DNA of 64,000 nucleotides from Selaginella moellendorffii (GCF_000143415.4 NW_003314303.1:209589-273588); one strand, 5' to 3'; shown: positions 11,884 to 23,868, counted from the first letter of the stretch. Notes: generated by a model not told the origin, from the sequence alone. Made by a program: numbers and translations.

Positions 11884-12270
11884 ATGTATAGTGCGATCAT
11901 AGTGTTTCTGGTCTTATTATTTCTTTCCACGGCACTTACACAAATTCCCGTTTGTCCAGATCCGGAATTAATAGGAGCAGTAAGATACAACAAGGAAAAG
12001 GCTCGATCAGGCAGCGTGTTTGATGCACAACTAACACAAACTTTTGATGCTATAGTGACAGATTCTGAAAGGAATCATACCGCGAGGATTGGAGAAATTC
12101 GTGGCTTTTCTTCCTGCTCTCAGTCGCCTGTATATCCTCGGTGCTCCCCATGCCTTGATACCTTAAGACGTGATATCCAAATGATTGCTCCTCTTGCTTT
12201 GGGAGCTGCTTCATGTTCCACAACTGGTCAATGCTACCTTCGTTACGAAGTGTACGATTTTCTCAACTGA
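11884..12270 (+). CDS. Secreted single-domain DUF26/Gnk2 (ginkbilobin-2-like) cysteine-rich protein
   Basis: Signal peptide; C-X8-C-X2-C (CSQSPVYPRCSPC); terminal CYLRYEVYDF. Confidence 0.8.
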   Translation: MYSAIIVFLVLLFLSTALTQIPVCPDPELIGAVRYNKEKARSGSVFDAQLTQTFDAIVTDSERNHTARIGEIRGFSSCSQSPVYPRCSPCLDTLRRDIQMIAPLALGAASCSTTGQCYLRYEVYDFLN

Positions 12271-12642
12271 TTTGCAAGAAAATAAATAAAAATTCATTGA
12301 CAGCAAATCCACAAAATAGTGACCACAAGCGTTTAGGAGGGAGCGAGCTGCCAGCCGTAACTCCGAAGGGCTATGGTTTGAATAATGTGCAATATTCTTG
12401 CGATGAGTGGTCGTTCCCTCTTCCTGCATAAGTAAACCACAAAGCTTTCCAATTATTTTTAAAAATGTGAGCATTCCAGGCGAGAGATGGAATCCTTTTG
12501 AGTGAGCAGGATTATGGGCCATTGTTTGAGAGTGATGGTTTGCGCACTATAAGGCTCCTAGCAGTGGTGAAAATCGAGGACACCAGAGTGGAGGCGGGTT
12601 CCCACCTAAACTGGGATCGTCTAGATGTTAACTAAATGTCTG

Positions 12643-13415
12643 CGTCTGGTTGCAAGCATCTTTGCATCAATGCCTGAGAGGAACCTCATCTCATCGACTG
12701 AAATGCTGGGATCTTGCTCGGATCTTCCACAGACGAAAGAAATCTTCAATACGATGCCCGAAAGGAATCAAGTGTCCTTGAACACAATGCTCAAGGCATA
12801 TAACCAGAGAAAAAATCTGGAAGATGCCGAGAATCTCCTTTGTACGACGTGGAGCAACATGGTGATGGCGTACTCCGACCATTTACGAGGTTCTTGCCGT
12901 GCTTGACCGGACCCCCATTATGAGGTTGTCGTGTTGACCGCCTTGGTGTCGGCATATGCCCGGCACAGGCATGGCCGCGAGTCGGAGATTCTGTTTGACT
13001 CCATGCCGGGGTGGACTCTCATCTCGTAAAACGCAATGCTTGCGACGTATCTCCACAACAGAGAGTTTGACCTTGTTGACTAGACCTTCTCGTCAATGCC
13101 GGTCAGAGACTCTGCGTCGTGGTCAGCGCTCCTCGCCGCAGTTGCGGGGAGAGGGCAATTTGGAAGAGCCGAGTGTTTGCACGACACAATGCCCAAGAGG
13201 GGCATTGCCGCTTGGAACACAGTTCTAGCAATGAACTCGATCAATCAGTGAGGATCCCAAGCGGCAGAGATGAAGCTGGAAGAGAATCATGGCATGAATG
13301 AGGTGACTATCAATTGCGTGTTGCTGGGGTCTACTCAAGCAGGCTATCTGGCTTCCAGGTGGAGCTTCAGCACTGGATTACGAGATCCCAGCACAAATCA
13401 GCATTACTGCTGCTT
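12643..13415 (+). pseudogene. Degenerate partial duplicate of the PPR gene (matches about 5945-6770)
   Basis: Near-identical DNA (CGTCTGGTTGCAAGCATCTTTGC..., GAGGAATCAAGTGTCC...) with stops (TGG>TAG/TAA), frameshifts and small deletions. Confidence 0.9.
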
Positions 13416-16166
13416 AATGCTTTATAATTAAAATTGTACATCTAAATCTACTAGTATCTAGGAATCTCGATAGTCAAGTAATTTATATTTCCTTAAAACG
13501 GTAAAAATTATTTCTATAGATTTACTAGTTTTTTTGTTATAATTTAGTTTTATGTTAATATCTGTAATTTCATTAAATTTCTTCCATCATAATTCTGTTA
13601 ATTACTATTTATATATCCACAAACAAATAGCCTTGGAAACAAAACTCCCTTCTAATAGCATTTAACCTTGTTATTGTGAAATCAACCTGTTTGGGGCTAA
13701 ATCTTGGTATTAAACCATAACAATTGAAATTAAATAATAAATTAATTGGCAAAATAAATTTGATAGAATAATCATTATTACCATAGAGAAGTGAGTTAGA
13801 TAATTTGCCCAACTATATATTAAATTCATAATAATGATTATTAAGTTAAATAGAAATTTGAAAATATAATATTAGAGTGCCTATTTTAGGAACTTCCTGT
13901 GAAATTCTGAATTTTTTAAAAGTTTTTTACTTTGCTTGAAATATAAACAACATATTAAAGAAAAGTTTAACAAGAAGATTCAAATTTCTAAAAGACAAAA
14001 ATAGAGTCATGCTTTAAGAAGAATATATGATGTTATATTGCAAATCATAGTAGTGGTGTTGCCAATGTCAATAAAATTATTAATATTTAAGATTTTTTAA
14101 AATAAATTACTAGCCTTTGGTTGCTTAAGCAAACCTATAAGATATACCTAAAATATGTTTGGATATTTTGGGATATTCTACCATATAACTGTTATTATTA
14201 TTTTTATTAATCTTGTATTTATAATTAATAAGTATAAATTACAAATTTCCTGAACACTTTCTAGAATATTCTACTTTATTTTGTCATTTATATGTAATAG
14301 AATTAATTTCATTTAATTGAAGCTTAAATCATGTATTGGTCTTATAAAGTTATATATATTTATTTCCTCTAAAAAATTGAAATGAAAGTAGAGAATTGCA
14401 TGTATACAAAAGTGTAAACAATAAAAAAGAATGACTTAACAAACTATCAATAAGGGTTTAAATATAAAGATAAAGAACTTAGAAATAAAAGTGCAATATT
14501 TTTTTTAATCAGTTAAAAGTTTTAGAAGATTTAGGGTTAAGTGTTAAGTTTATTACCAGAAAGAAAGGAACTATTTATTATTATCGTATTATAATCATTT
14601 ATAAGTTTTTATTTAATCAATAAATAATAAGCTCTACTATTAAGCACTCCCACACTTGGATTAAAGCTTGAATTGTGCATAGATGATGGAATATGGTGAG
14701 AATGACATATAAAAAACTTATTAATCAACTACTCAAAGATTTGTTCTTAGTCTTCACATATTATTGATTCAACCTTGCATCTAGCATGTGGTCTTGGCCT
14801 TGAACTGTTTTCCTTTGCTAACTCACACATTAATCTTTATATGCATTCTTCTTAATTGTTGGAAATGCCTGCAAAGAGTTGCATACAATATTCTTGAATT
14901 TTGACTCAATGAGGCAAGATTCTTATTCATATATCAAGTTGCTACATTAATTTGCCCTTCTTAAATTTGGACTTCTGCATTATGATAAACACTTAAGTAG
15001 TGGCTTCCCAAAGAAAGTTTAATAGGTAATATTCCCAACAAATGAGCTAGGCTAGATAATCTCCCCAACACAACAAATGAGGTTGTCAAGGAATGAGAGG
15101 CGAAATCACACAGTCATAGTAGAGGAGAGGAGTAGACATAAGGCATATGGAAATGCCTCAATTTCAACAAAAGGAGAACTACTTCAGCTTTAGTGGCCCA
15201 TATCTTTTATAGGTAAGTTTGTAGTTGCCACATTGCATGATAAAGGAACCCAACATGGAAGGAAGATATGTTGTTAAATTGCTGATAAATCTATGTATTT
15301 ATAGGGTGGATAGAGGGAGAGTTCAAGGGGGGAAATGGTTATTGAGCAAGTTATGAGTTGGGAGTCAAGTTAATTCAAGGGGGGTTCTTTAGGATATGGG
15401 ACATCTTCTTATGTATTGCACAGGCTTACACCTGTTTTAGAATTGCTACAACATAGCATGCCCTATATCAATATTATAAAATACAATCATATTTTGATTG
15501 CAACTATAGCAATCAAAACATGATTCTGTCAATTATAATATTATGTAGAATAAAAGAAAAATACTCCCAATCATGTTTTGATTACAATATATAGCTATAT
15601 TTTAATGTACTAATAATTTTTTGGGTGTTGAATAGTATTGCTATTCCTATATAGTATTTTATTTACTAATCTATGGAAGTTTATAATTATAAACATGTTT
15701 TTAATTTATAAATGCAAGAATAATCTTATTGCTAGAATAAAAAAGAATATACTAGGAAGTATTAACTGTTAAAGGTAGAATATCCCAGATTATTTAAGTA
15801 TTTTCTAGGTATATCTTAAAAAAACTAGAATATACTAGAAATATTTTATAAACTATATAAACAAAATTAATCTATATGAATAACAATAATATCCCAGAAT
15901 CCAAGTAAAAATACAATCAATAAATATAAAGTTTGTGTAATAAAACTTATAAACGTGAAGTTGTTTATTTTTAAAGCATTTAGGGCCATTCGTGTTGAGC
16001 AGCCCTGTTCGAGATGTCCGCGACTAATCCAGCACTTGCTTGTTGGCTATGTCGGAATGGAGGTGCTTGGCTTCTGCTTCATGGTTGGATCCAAGCGGAA
16101 ACGTGCTCCATAGACAAAGCATGGAAGAGGTAAGATTCAGCTAGACAATCTATACGAGCGCGGTGG

Positions 16167-17639
16167 TCAGATGAAAAGCATCGACAACGTCAACCACACG
16201 AACGCCAACACATTTCTACAAAGCCTCTCCCTCTCAGCGCTATTGACAACGATCTGCCGCATGAATCGACAGTTCCCGTGGCTCGGATCATCCCTTACGA
16301 CTCTGCCAAACTCGGGATCACAGCTGCTGGTGGCCTGGTCATTGAGCTGATAGTTGCTGTTGAAAGCATAGCTCGCTCGCTCGCTCACGGTGAGAAAGTT
16401 GCAAGAGCCACCTTCGAGGAGAGGACTGCAGTCTACTTGCTGGCAAGTGGCATTGATCCTCTGCTCCAGCCCGTCCGTGGCGTCGTTTGAGACGCACCAC
16501 CTCGCAGGCATGTACTCGACGTCTGGGACGTTCTCCAGCTCTCTGGCACCCAACAGCGTAAGGTCATACTTGCGAGTTCCATCGTACTGGAAGATCCCCC
16601 AGTGCCGCTCGTAGCCTGGTTTCTTGCGGTCTTCATCCACCAGGCTGAAGATATATGCGTGGAGTTTGCCGGGCCTCAGCGGGGTACCTCTGGAGCTTTC
16701 AATCCGCTTCACCAGGCCTTGGTTGAATCGCTTAGCGTTTTGCGGATTCGCCTGAAGGTTGCAGTCGGTCGGCCATCCGGTTCCTCCGACGATGATTGGC
16801 ATGTCCGGGAAGCCGGCTTGTTTCAGAGCCGACACCACAGTGTCGAAGATGGCGTCGAAGGCGTTGGTGTAGTTGTTGCCTTGGTCCTGTTGAAATGGGA
16901 AATCGCCATCGAAGAAGGCAAAATCGAGGGGAAAGGATGGATCGTTCACCGAGCTGATGAAGGGGTGGATGTTGACGGTGAAAGGCGACTTTGAGTCGGA
17001 GAGAAGCTCCAAGATGGTCTTCATCTCGTCGGGGCGGATGAAATTTCCAGTGGAGGGTGTGAAGGAGTTCGAGGTAACGATGCCAGCGCTGAAGGGAATG
17101 GTGGTTTTGATATCTCTGGTTCTTGTCTGCTTGTCGAGCGCAGCCCGGATGTTCTTCACTGCTCCAATAACAGCGTCGAGTCTCACATCGTGTAGTGGTT
17201 CCTCGCCAACAGCGACGTATCTGTTTGACAACCTCTCAGATCAACAAACGATCACAAACAGGAAGACAAAAAGAAACAAAAGATATCACCTGATGTCTAC
17301 TCGTCTCTTGGGGTACTTGAGGTACCAAGTTACGTTGCTCTCCACCCAGTTGCGAGCAGCGTGCATGCTCGAGGACAGCGTCTCCAGCATGGTGTTGGGA
17401 ATTCCAACCATGACTTCGATGTTGGAGCCTGCCAGTGCGTGGAGGACGGAGGCGTCCGTGTCAAACATCTTCACTCTCGTGAAGCTGTTCTTCTGGAGCA
17501 TTTTGACAACGCTCGGCGCGTGGAGGGGGTGAGATACCTGCGTTCCCCAGTTGACACCAACCTGAGCTCGACTTGATCCAACTAGCAGCAGCAGCAGCAG
17601 TAGCGACAGCGTTGTCGAGAAGTCCAGCCGGACCAACAT
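16167..17639 (-). CDS. GH17 beta-1,3-glucanase-like protein with X8 domain and probable GPI signal; nucleophile Glu replaced by Gly
   Basis: Signal peptide, VGVNWG, RVKMFD, intron, YVAVGEEP, IIVGGTGWPT, YIFSLVDED, ERHWGIF, X8 (WCV..C..DC..C..ASYAFNSNYQ..C..C), hydrophobic tail. Confidence 0.88.
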
Positions 17640-17934
17640 CACTACGAGCAGAATCGACCATCTCCAAACGTCCTATCTCTCCCACCTCGGTCCGAAGAGT
17701 AGCGGCTGTCATCCTTAAAACGCACTGCTACTCAACTCCTTGCTTGACTTTGGTTTTACCTCTACCTTGATCCCGGGCTTCGTAGAGATCAATGCAACCA
17801 TGGATCTTACCAGAGGTAAACGTTCGCAATTCACATCACGACGGAAATCACGAATGAAACTCTTTTTTCTAACCAGAAGAACAAACTGCTAGGACCAGAG
17901 ATAAGCTTTTGGGAACACAAACTCTTTCGTTTGC

Positions 17935-19907
17935 TTAAATTTCTCTTATCACTACAGCGAGAACGATGGCGAACACCATCATGGCAAACGCTCGAGGACG
18001 CTCTAAAGTAGCTCGTGAAGAGTGCGATGCGACGACTTTCAGCTTGATCTGCCGGATGAATCGGCAGTTCGGCGTGCTGGGATCGACACCGGTGATGATC
18101 CCGTTTCCTTGGAAGTCACAGCTGCTGGGAACTTGGTCCTTGAGCTGGAAGTAGCTGTTGAACGCGTACGAAGCGGCCTGCTCGGGAGAGAGCGTCGAGT
18201 AGCAAGAGCCGCCATCCGGGACGAGCGGCGTGCAGTCGGCTGCCGAGCAAGCGAAATCAATCTGGCCTTGCGGGACTGCTATGCCGGGTTTCAAGACGCA
18301 CCACAGTGCCGGGTAGTAGTCAACGCCACCGACTTTCTCGAGCACTGACGAGCTTCCGCTCGTGTTGAGGAGGTACTTGGGCTGACCATCGTACGTGAAG
18401 AGACCCCAGTGACGCTCGAAGTTACCCGGGGCGATGCTCTTGAGGTCCTCGTCGAAGAGGCTGAAGATATAGGCGTGGAGTACAGTTCCTGGCCGCATTG
18501 GGGTACCTGGTGGAGAGGGCCTGTGGATCCAGAGGTGGAAGAACTTAAAACACTCGCAAGATCGAACTAAACTGGTATGCATCTGGAAGTTGGCATGAGA
18601 TACTCACGAGATGATTCGACTGACCAGAGCCTGGTTGAATCTCCTCGCGTTGGAAGGTGTCGCGCTCGGGAAACCATCGGTCGGCCACCCGGCCTCGCCC
18701 ACGATGATCTCCATGTTTGGGAAGCCCGAGTCCGTGAGAGCCGCGACCAGCATGTCGAAGGTGGCATCAAAGACGCTCGTGTAGGTGCTCTGGCCGTATT
18801 GGACCTGGAAGCACCCGTCCAGGAACGCATATTCACTGGGGAAGTTTGGATCCTGCGCCAGGCTGATGAAAGGATAGAGGTTGATCGTGAAGGGGGCTCC
18901 GGTGCTGGCGAGAGCTTTCACAATGTCGTCCATGAGCATCTTGATATCGTTCCTGAAAACTCCGGTGGATGGATCTTGGTTGCCGGGGTCCCGGGGCTGC
19001 AACACATCGGCATTGAGTGGCACGATGGCTTTGATCTGGTCGGCGAACTTGGCCTTGGAGAGCGCCGCCTGGATGTTCTTCAGTGCTGGGAGGGTCACGC
19101 CCTCGAAACTTTTGTTGTAGCCCGCGAGAAAGGGCTCGTTTCCGACAGCGACATACCTGGGTCAAGTAAGCTTACCCTTCAGTCATCAGTCCACTCTGGT
19201 AAATTTTCAGTAAGTTGGTCACAACTATACTCTCAGTCCACTCGTTCGTTAGTCGACTTCAGTCAACACCTTTCACTCAACACTCCATCCATTTCCTTCT
19301 CTAGTCAACGTTAGTCCACACTTCTCAACAGTCAACTGTGATAGTCAACACACACTTACCTGATATTGACCCTCTTCTTGCGGAGGTAGTAGTGCGTGAC
19401 GTTCATGAGCACCCAGTTGCTCGCGGCGGCGGCGTCGGTGGCCAGCGTCTCCAGCATGTCGTTTGGGATGCCCAGCATCACCTCCAGCGGTGAACCCGCC
19501 AGAGCGCTCATGATCCGGGGATCCGCCTCGAACAATTTCACTCGTCCCACATTGTTGGAGACGAGCGCGCGAACCACGTCCGGCGCGAACAGCGGGTGTG
19601 ACATCTGGGTTCCCCAATTCACGCCGATCGTTCCACTCTGATGCCGCTGATCTGCCGGTGATGGTGGTTGCTGTTCTTGATCTTGTGGTGGTGGCGGCAA
19701 TGGCTGCTGTTGATCTTGTGGTGGCGGTGGAGGTGGCTCTTGATCCTGGCCTTGTGAGGGTGGCGGCGGCGGTAGTGCCTGTTGATCTTGCGGTGGTGGT
19801 GGTGGCAATGGCTCATAGTCATCGGTTTGAGCAACAGTGCTAACACAGCTATGACCATCACAAGAAAGAAGGAGAAGAAGAAGAAGAGCCAACATCAATC
19901 TCGACAT
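17935..19907 (-). CDS. GH17 beta-1,3-glucanase with N-terminal Pro/Gln repeats, X8 domain and probable GPI signal, 3 exons
   Basis: IGVNWG, YVAVGNEP, IIVGEAGWPTDG, YIFSLFDED, FERHWGLF, X8 cysteines, hydrophobic C-terminus; introns 19157-19359 and about 18521-18607. Confidence 0.92.
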
Positions 19908-20043
19908 GATCTATGGAGAGAAATCTTCCATGTTCGTGCATTTCTTGGTCCCCGGCCATTGCGTAGCTTGACCGGAAATTTTCCAGCTTGAATCTCTTAT
20001 GCTTGCTCCGCGATCCAAGCCTTGAACGATTCCTTCCACTCCA

Positions 20044-21861
20044 ATGACTGTTGTCGCGGCAGCTGGAAACGAGAGACTTACACTCGAGTGTGACGCCTGG
20101 ATCAAGTCTTGCCGCAGCTTGGCCAATCTCCAAGCGATCCACAAGCGGATCATCCTCCGCCACGGCGGCCTCTTCCTCGATCGCAACACCGGCCTCTCAA
20201 ATCTCCTGCTCCAGCGCTATGCCCGCTGCGGCAGCCTGGATCACGCGGAGCAAATCTTCGCCGCCATCCGGGACAAAGACGTCATCTCCTGGAACGCCAT
20301 GCTCTCGGCATATGCCCGGACGGGGCATCACACCGCCCAAGCGAAGCTCCTCTTCGACTCCATCCCCGACCGCGATCGCGTCTCCTGGAACGCAATGCTG
20401 GGCGCCTACGTCCACGCCGGAAACCTCCAGGAATGCAAAGACATCTTCGATAGATTTCCGGAACGAGACATAGTTTCATGGAACTCTCTCCTTGCGGCAT
20501 ATGCCCAAAAAGGGCAAATGGAAAAAGCCCAAGTTGTGTTTGATCAGATGCCCGAGAGAGGCCTGATCACTTGGAACACAATGCTGGCAGCAAACTCCAG
20601 AAACAACCATGTCGCGCAAGCCAAGAAACTCTTCGATGCAATGCCGGAGAGAGACTATATCTCCTGGAACACGATGATGAACGCATATACCCAAGCAGGG
20701 CATAGTCGCGAGGCCAAAGAGCTCTTCGACCAAATGCCAGCGCGGGATATAGTTTCATGGAACGGGCTTCTCATCATGTACGGGACGAGTGGCAAGACCG
20801 ACCTGGCCAGAAGCGTGTTCGACGCTATGCCATACAGAGATCTCGTCTGCTGGAACGTCATGGTCTCTGTGTATGCCCAGTCCGGGCATCTGGATCCGGC
20901 CAGGGAGCTGTTTGATCGCGCGCCGGAGCGAGACATCGTGGTGTGGAATGCGATGCTATCGGCATACGCAAAAGCAGCGGCAGCGGCATACAATCGCAAG
21001 CGCCAGAGAGACGTCACACTCAGCAAAATGGTAGTCGACATCAAGCCTGTGGGAGCTGATGGCTCCGAAGTCCATCCCACCACCTTTGCCTCCAAAGAAG
21101 AAGATAGTGAAATCGAGGACGAGGAGGAGGAGGAGCGGCGGCGGTGCCACCGGGATTTGGAGGCGGCGCGGGAGCTCTTCGATGCAATGCCGGACCGAAA
21201 TGTGATCTCCTGGACGACGATGCTGACGCTGTACGCCCAGAGCGGGCATGTCGGTGAGGCCAAGCGTATCTTCGATCACGCGTTGATGCCCGAGAGGGAC
21301 GTAGTTTGCTGGAACGCTCTCTTGGCTGCCTACACGCAGGCCGGGAACACCCCGGCCGCCACCCGGATCTTCGCGCTCATGCCTTCGCGCAACCTTGAGT
21401 CCACCAACGTCATGCTCGCGATGCTGTTCCACAGCTCAAACTCGCGATCCATTGCTCGCGGGCGGCGGATCTTCGCGCGCTCTATCCGCGATGGGATCGC
21501 TCCCGACGAGGTGAGCTTCGTCCATATGCTCTTTGCTTGCAGCCACTCGGGCGGATTGAGCGCGGGGCTGCGCTACTTCCGATCCATGGCGATGGATTTC
21601 GCGCTGCGCGGGACGAAGCAGCAGTATAGCATCATGATCGATATCATTGCCCGCGCTGGGCATCTGGAGGATGCGCGCGAGCTCATCACAAACATGCCGT
21701 TCTTGCCCGATTCTCGCGACTGGACGAGCTTGCTGGATGCTTGCCGGAGTGGGAGTGGCAAGAGCGCCATGAAAGAGCGCGTGATCGACGTTGCCAGGCA
21801 CGCGATTCGATCGGATCCACGGGACTCGGCACTCTACGTTTTGAGCACAAACAATCTTTGA
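20044..21861 (+). CDS. PLS-class PPR protein with truncated E domain and a 58-aa internal insertion
   Basis: Intronless; tandem ISWNAMLxAYA motifs; ends QQYSIMIDIIARAG..WTSLLDAC..ALYVLSTNNL*. Confidence 0.9.
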   Translation: MTVVAAAGNERLTLECDAWIKSCRSLANLQAIHKRIILRHGGLFLDRNTGLSNLLLQRYARCGSLDHAEQIFAAIRDKDVISWNAMLSAYARTGHHTAQAKLLFDSIPDRDRVSWNAMLGAYVHAGNLQECKDIFDRFPERDIVSWNSLLAAYAQKGQMEKAQVVFDQMPERGLITWNTMLAANSRNNHVAQAKKLFDAMPERDYISWNTMMNAYTQAGHSREAKELFDQMPARDIVSWNGLLIMYGTSGKTDLARSVFDAMPYRDLVCWNVMVSVYAQSGHLDPARELFDRAPERDIVVWNAMLSAYAKAAAAAYNRKRQRDVTLSKMVVDIKPVGADGSEVHPTTFASKEEDSEIEDEEEEERRRCHRDLEAARELFDAMPDRNVISWTTMLTLYAQSGHVGEAKRIFDHALMPERDVVCWNALLAAYTQAGNTPAATRIFALMPSRNLESTNVMLAMLFHSSNSRSIARGRRIFARSIRDGIAPDEVSFVHMLFACSHSGGLSAGLRYFRSMAMDFALRGTKQQYSIMIDIIARAGHLEDARELITNMPFLPDSRDWTSLLDACRSGSGKSAMKERVIDVARHAIRSDPRDSALYVLSTNNL

Positions 21862-21919
21862 TTTCCTCGAGAGCTCATCGATAATGAATGGAAATAATTC
21901 TTACAGTATCCCCGGACGA

Positions 21920-23469
21920 TCAAAACACCCTCTCAAGAACATACTCCACCATCTTTTCCAGCGAGCTCCTGGCCGCTCCCACTGGCAGGCACTCGAGAGC
22001 CTGGATCGCGAGCTCGGCCTTTTGCTTGGCCAGCTCCATCGCCCTGTCGATCCCTCCGCCTCTCTTCACCAGCTGGACTGCGGACTCCAGCGATCCCTCG
22101 TCCGTGAACTCGGAGTCGATCAGCTTCCTCAGCTCCGGCTCCTTGTCCAGGGCAAACAGTGCCGGGGCTGTCAAGTTCCCCTTCGCTAGATCGCTTCCGG
22201 CGGGCTTCCCGAGCTGTGCCGTCGACTGCGTGAAGTCGAGGATGTCGTCCACGATCTGGAACGCCAAGCCCAGGTACTTCCCATAGTCGAACATCTTGTC
22301 ACAGACGCTCGGGTCGGCACCGCTGAAGATGGCGGCCGAGCGAGTGCTGGCTGCGATGAGAGAGGCCGTTTTGTAGTAGCTCTTGTCCAAGTAGTTGTCT
22401 AGCGTGATGTCGGAGTCGAACAGACTCGACGCTTGTTGGATCTCTCCGCTAGCGAAGTCTTTGATCACCTAGATACAAAAGGAGTCCGAGTAAGAGGACG
22501 GACGGTTTCTTCGCGAAAGAGTGAGACAAACCTGACTAATCAACTTGATAACTTCGAGGTTGTCCAGATTTGCCAAGTACCAAGACGACTGCGCGAACAT
22601 AAAATCGCCAGCTAACACTGCAATTCTAGTTCCGTATAGTTGATGGACGGTTTCTTTCCCTGTGCATAGCCAGTATGTCAATGTCAAAGATTCGATTTCT
22701 CACCTCGTCGGACGTCGCTCTCGTCCAGGACATCGTCGTGAATGAGGCTAGCTGTGTGTATCATTTCTGTAATTTCCGCTAGTCTTCGGTGCTGTAGATG
22801 GATCGTGCTGCCATTTACATATCAAAGACTTAGTACAGTGGAGAGATGAAGAAAACAGGAAAAGTTACTTGAGACGAGCAAGCTGCATAGTTGCTCTCGA
22901 CACCAAGAACACGATCGCTGGACGCATTCTCTTTCCACCGGCACCGAAGATCTGCTCCGCGGCTGACATCAAAAGAGGATTCTGCACACCAACGATCTGA
23001 AAAAAAAAAAAAACCATAAATTTCTGCAAGCTCAAAGGACGAACAAACTTACAGATTGTAAGTTTTGGTTGAGCGCATCAAGATCACTGCTCACGGGCTC
23101 GATAATCTCATTCAAGCTGAGCTTCTCGCGTCGCTCGCGTCGCTGGACGTAAGAAGCCACGCCATTGAGAAATCTGGAATTGGTAGCATCTCCAGCTATC
23201 TACCGGAAGCTCAAATTAACACTGGGAAGAGCAAAGAAAGAAAGAAAAAGAAAAGAGCGTAAAGAATTTTCACCTGGTATTGGAGAGGAGGTGTTCACGC
23301 TCAAGCTCGTGGGACTCCCGCTATCAGCCGTGAAAGAAATCGTGGCTCCTTCGGCGACTACTCTTCTCCTGCTCCAGCATTTGGCACTTCTCCTATGGTC
23401 GATTGCCCTGCGCTGCTGATAACCTAGGCCGGCATCGGATCCTCTGGCACAGAATGCCGTGCTCGTCAT
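21920..23469 (-). CDS. SPS: Solanesyl diphosphate synthase (trans-long-chain prenyltransferase), about 7 exons, with transit peptide
   Basis: [87 protein letters not shown]. Confidence 0.92.
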
Positions 23470-23868
23470 TGCGCCACACCTGGAATGGATGGAATGACAC
23501 AATCTGTAGACGATGGAATCACACCAAAGATTTCGATTCAGGAGGAGACGATCGCATTTACCTGCCGGATTGCGTTGCTCGGAGCTCGCGAATTCGCCGG
23601 ATTTCCTCCCTAGAAAGCGCAATATGGCGCCATTGCTCCACCTCACAGAAAATATTTAAGGGCTTTATCCTCGCGAGGAACACATGGGCCATATGGCCGA
23701 AACCTTGCCGCCATTGCGCTTATGGACTGTACGTGGCCACGCTCGCAAGCTCTAGAATCGTGCCACGTGTGTGACAGGATCATTCCCTCCATTGTCCCTT
23801 CCTTAGACGCCTCCACGAAGAAGAAAACTATCGATGGTGATCGTGAGAGAGTTTCTTGCGATGACTCA

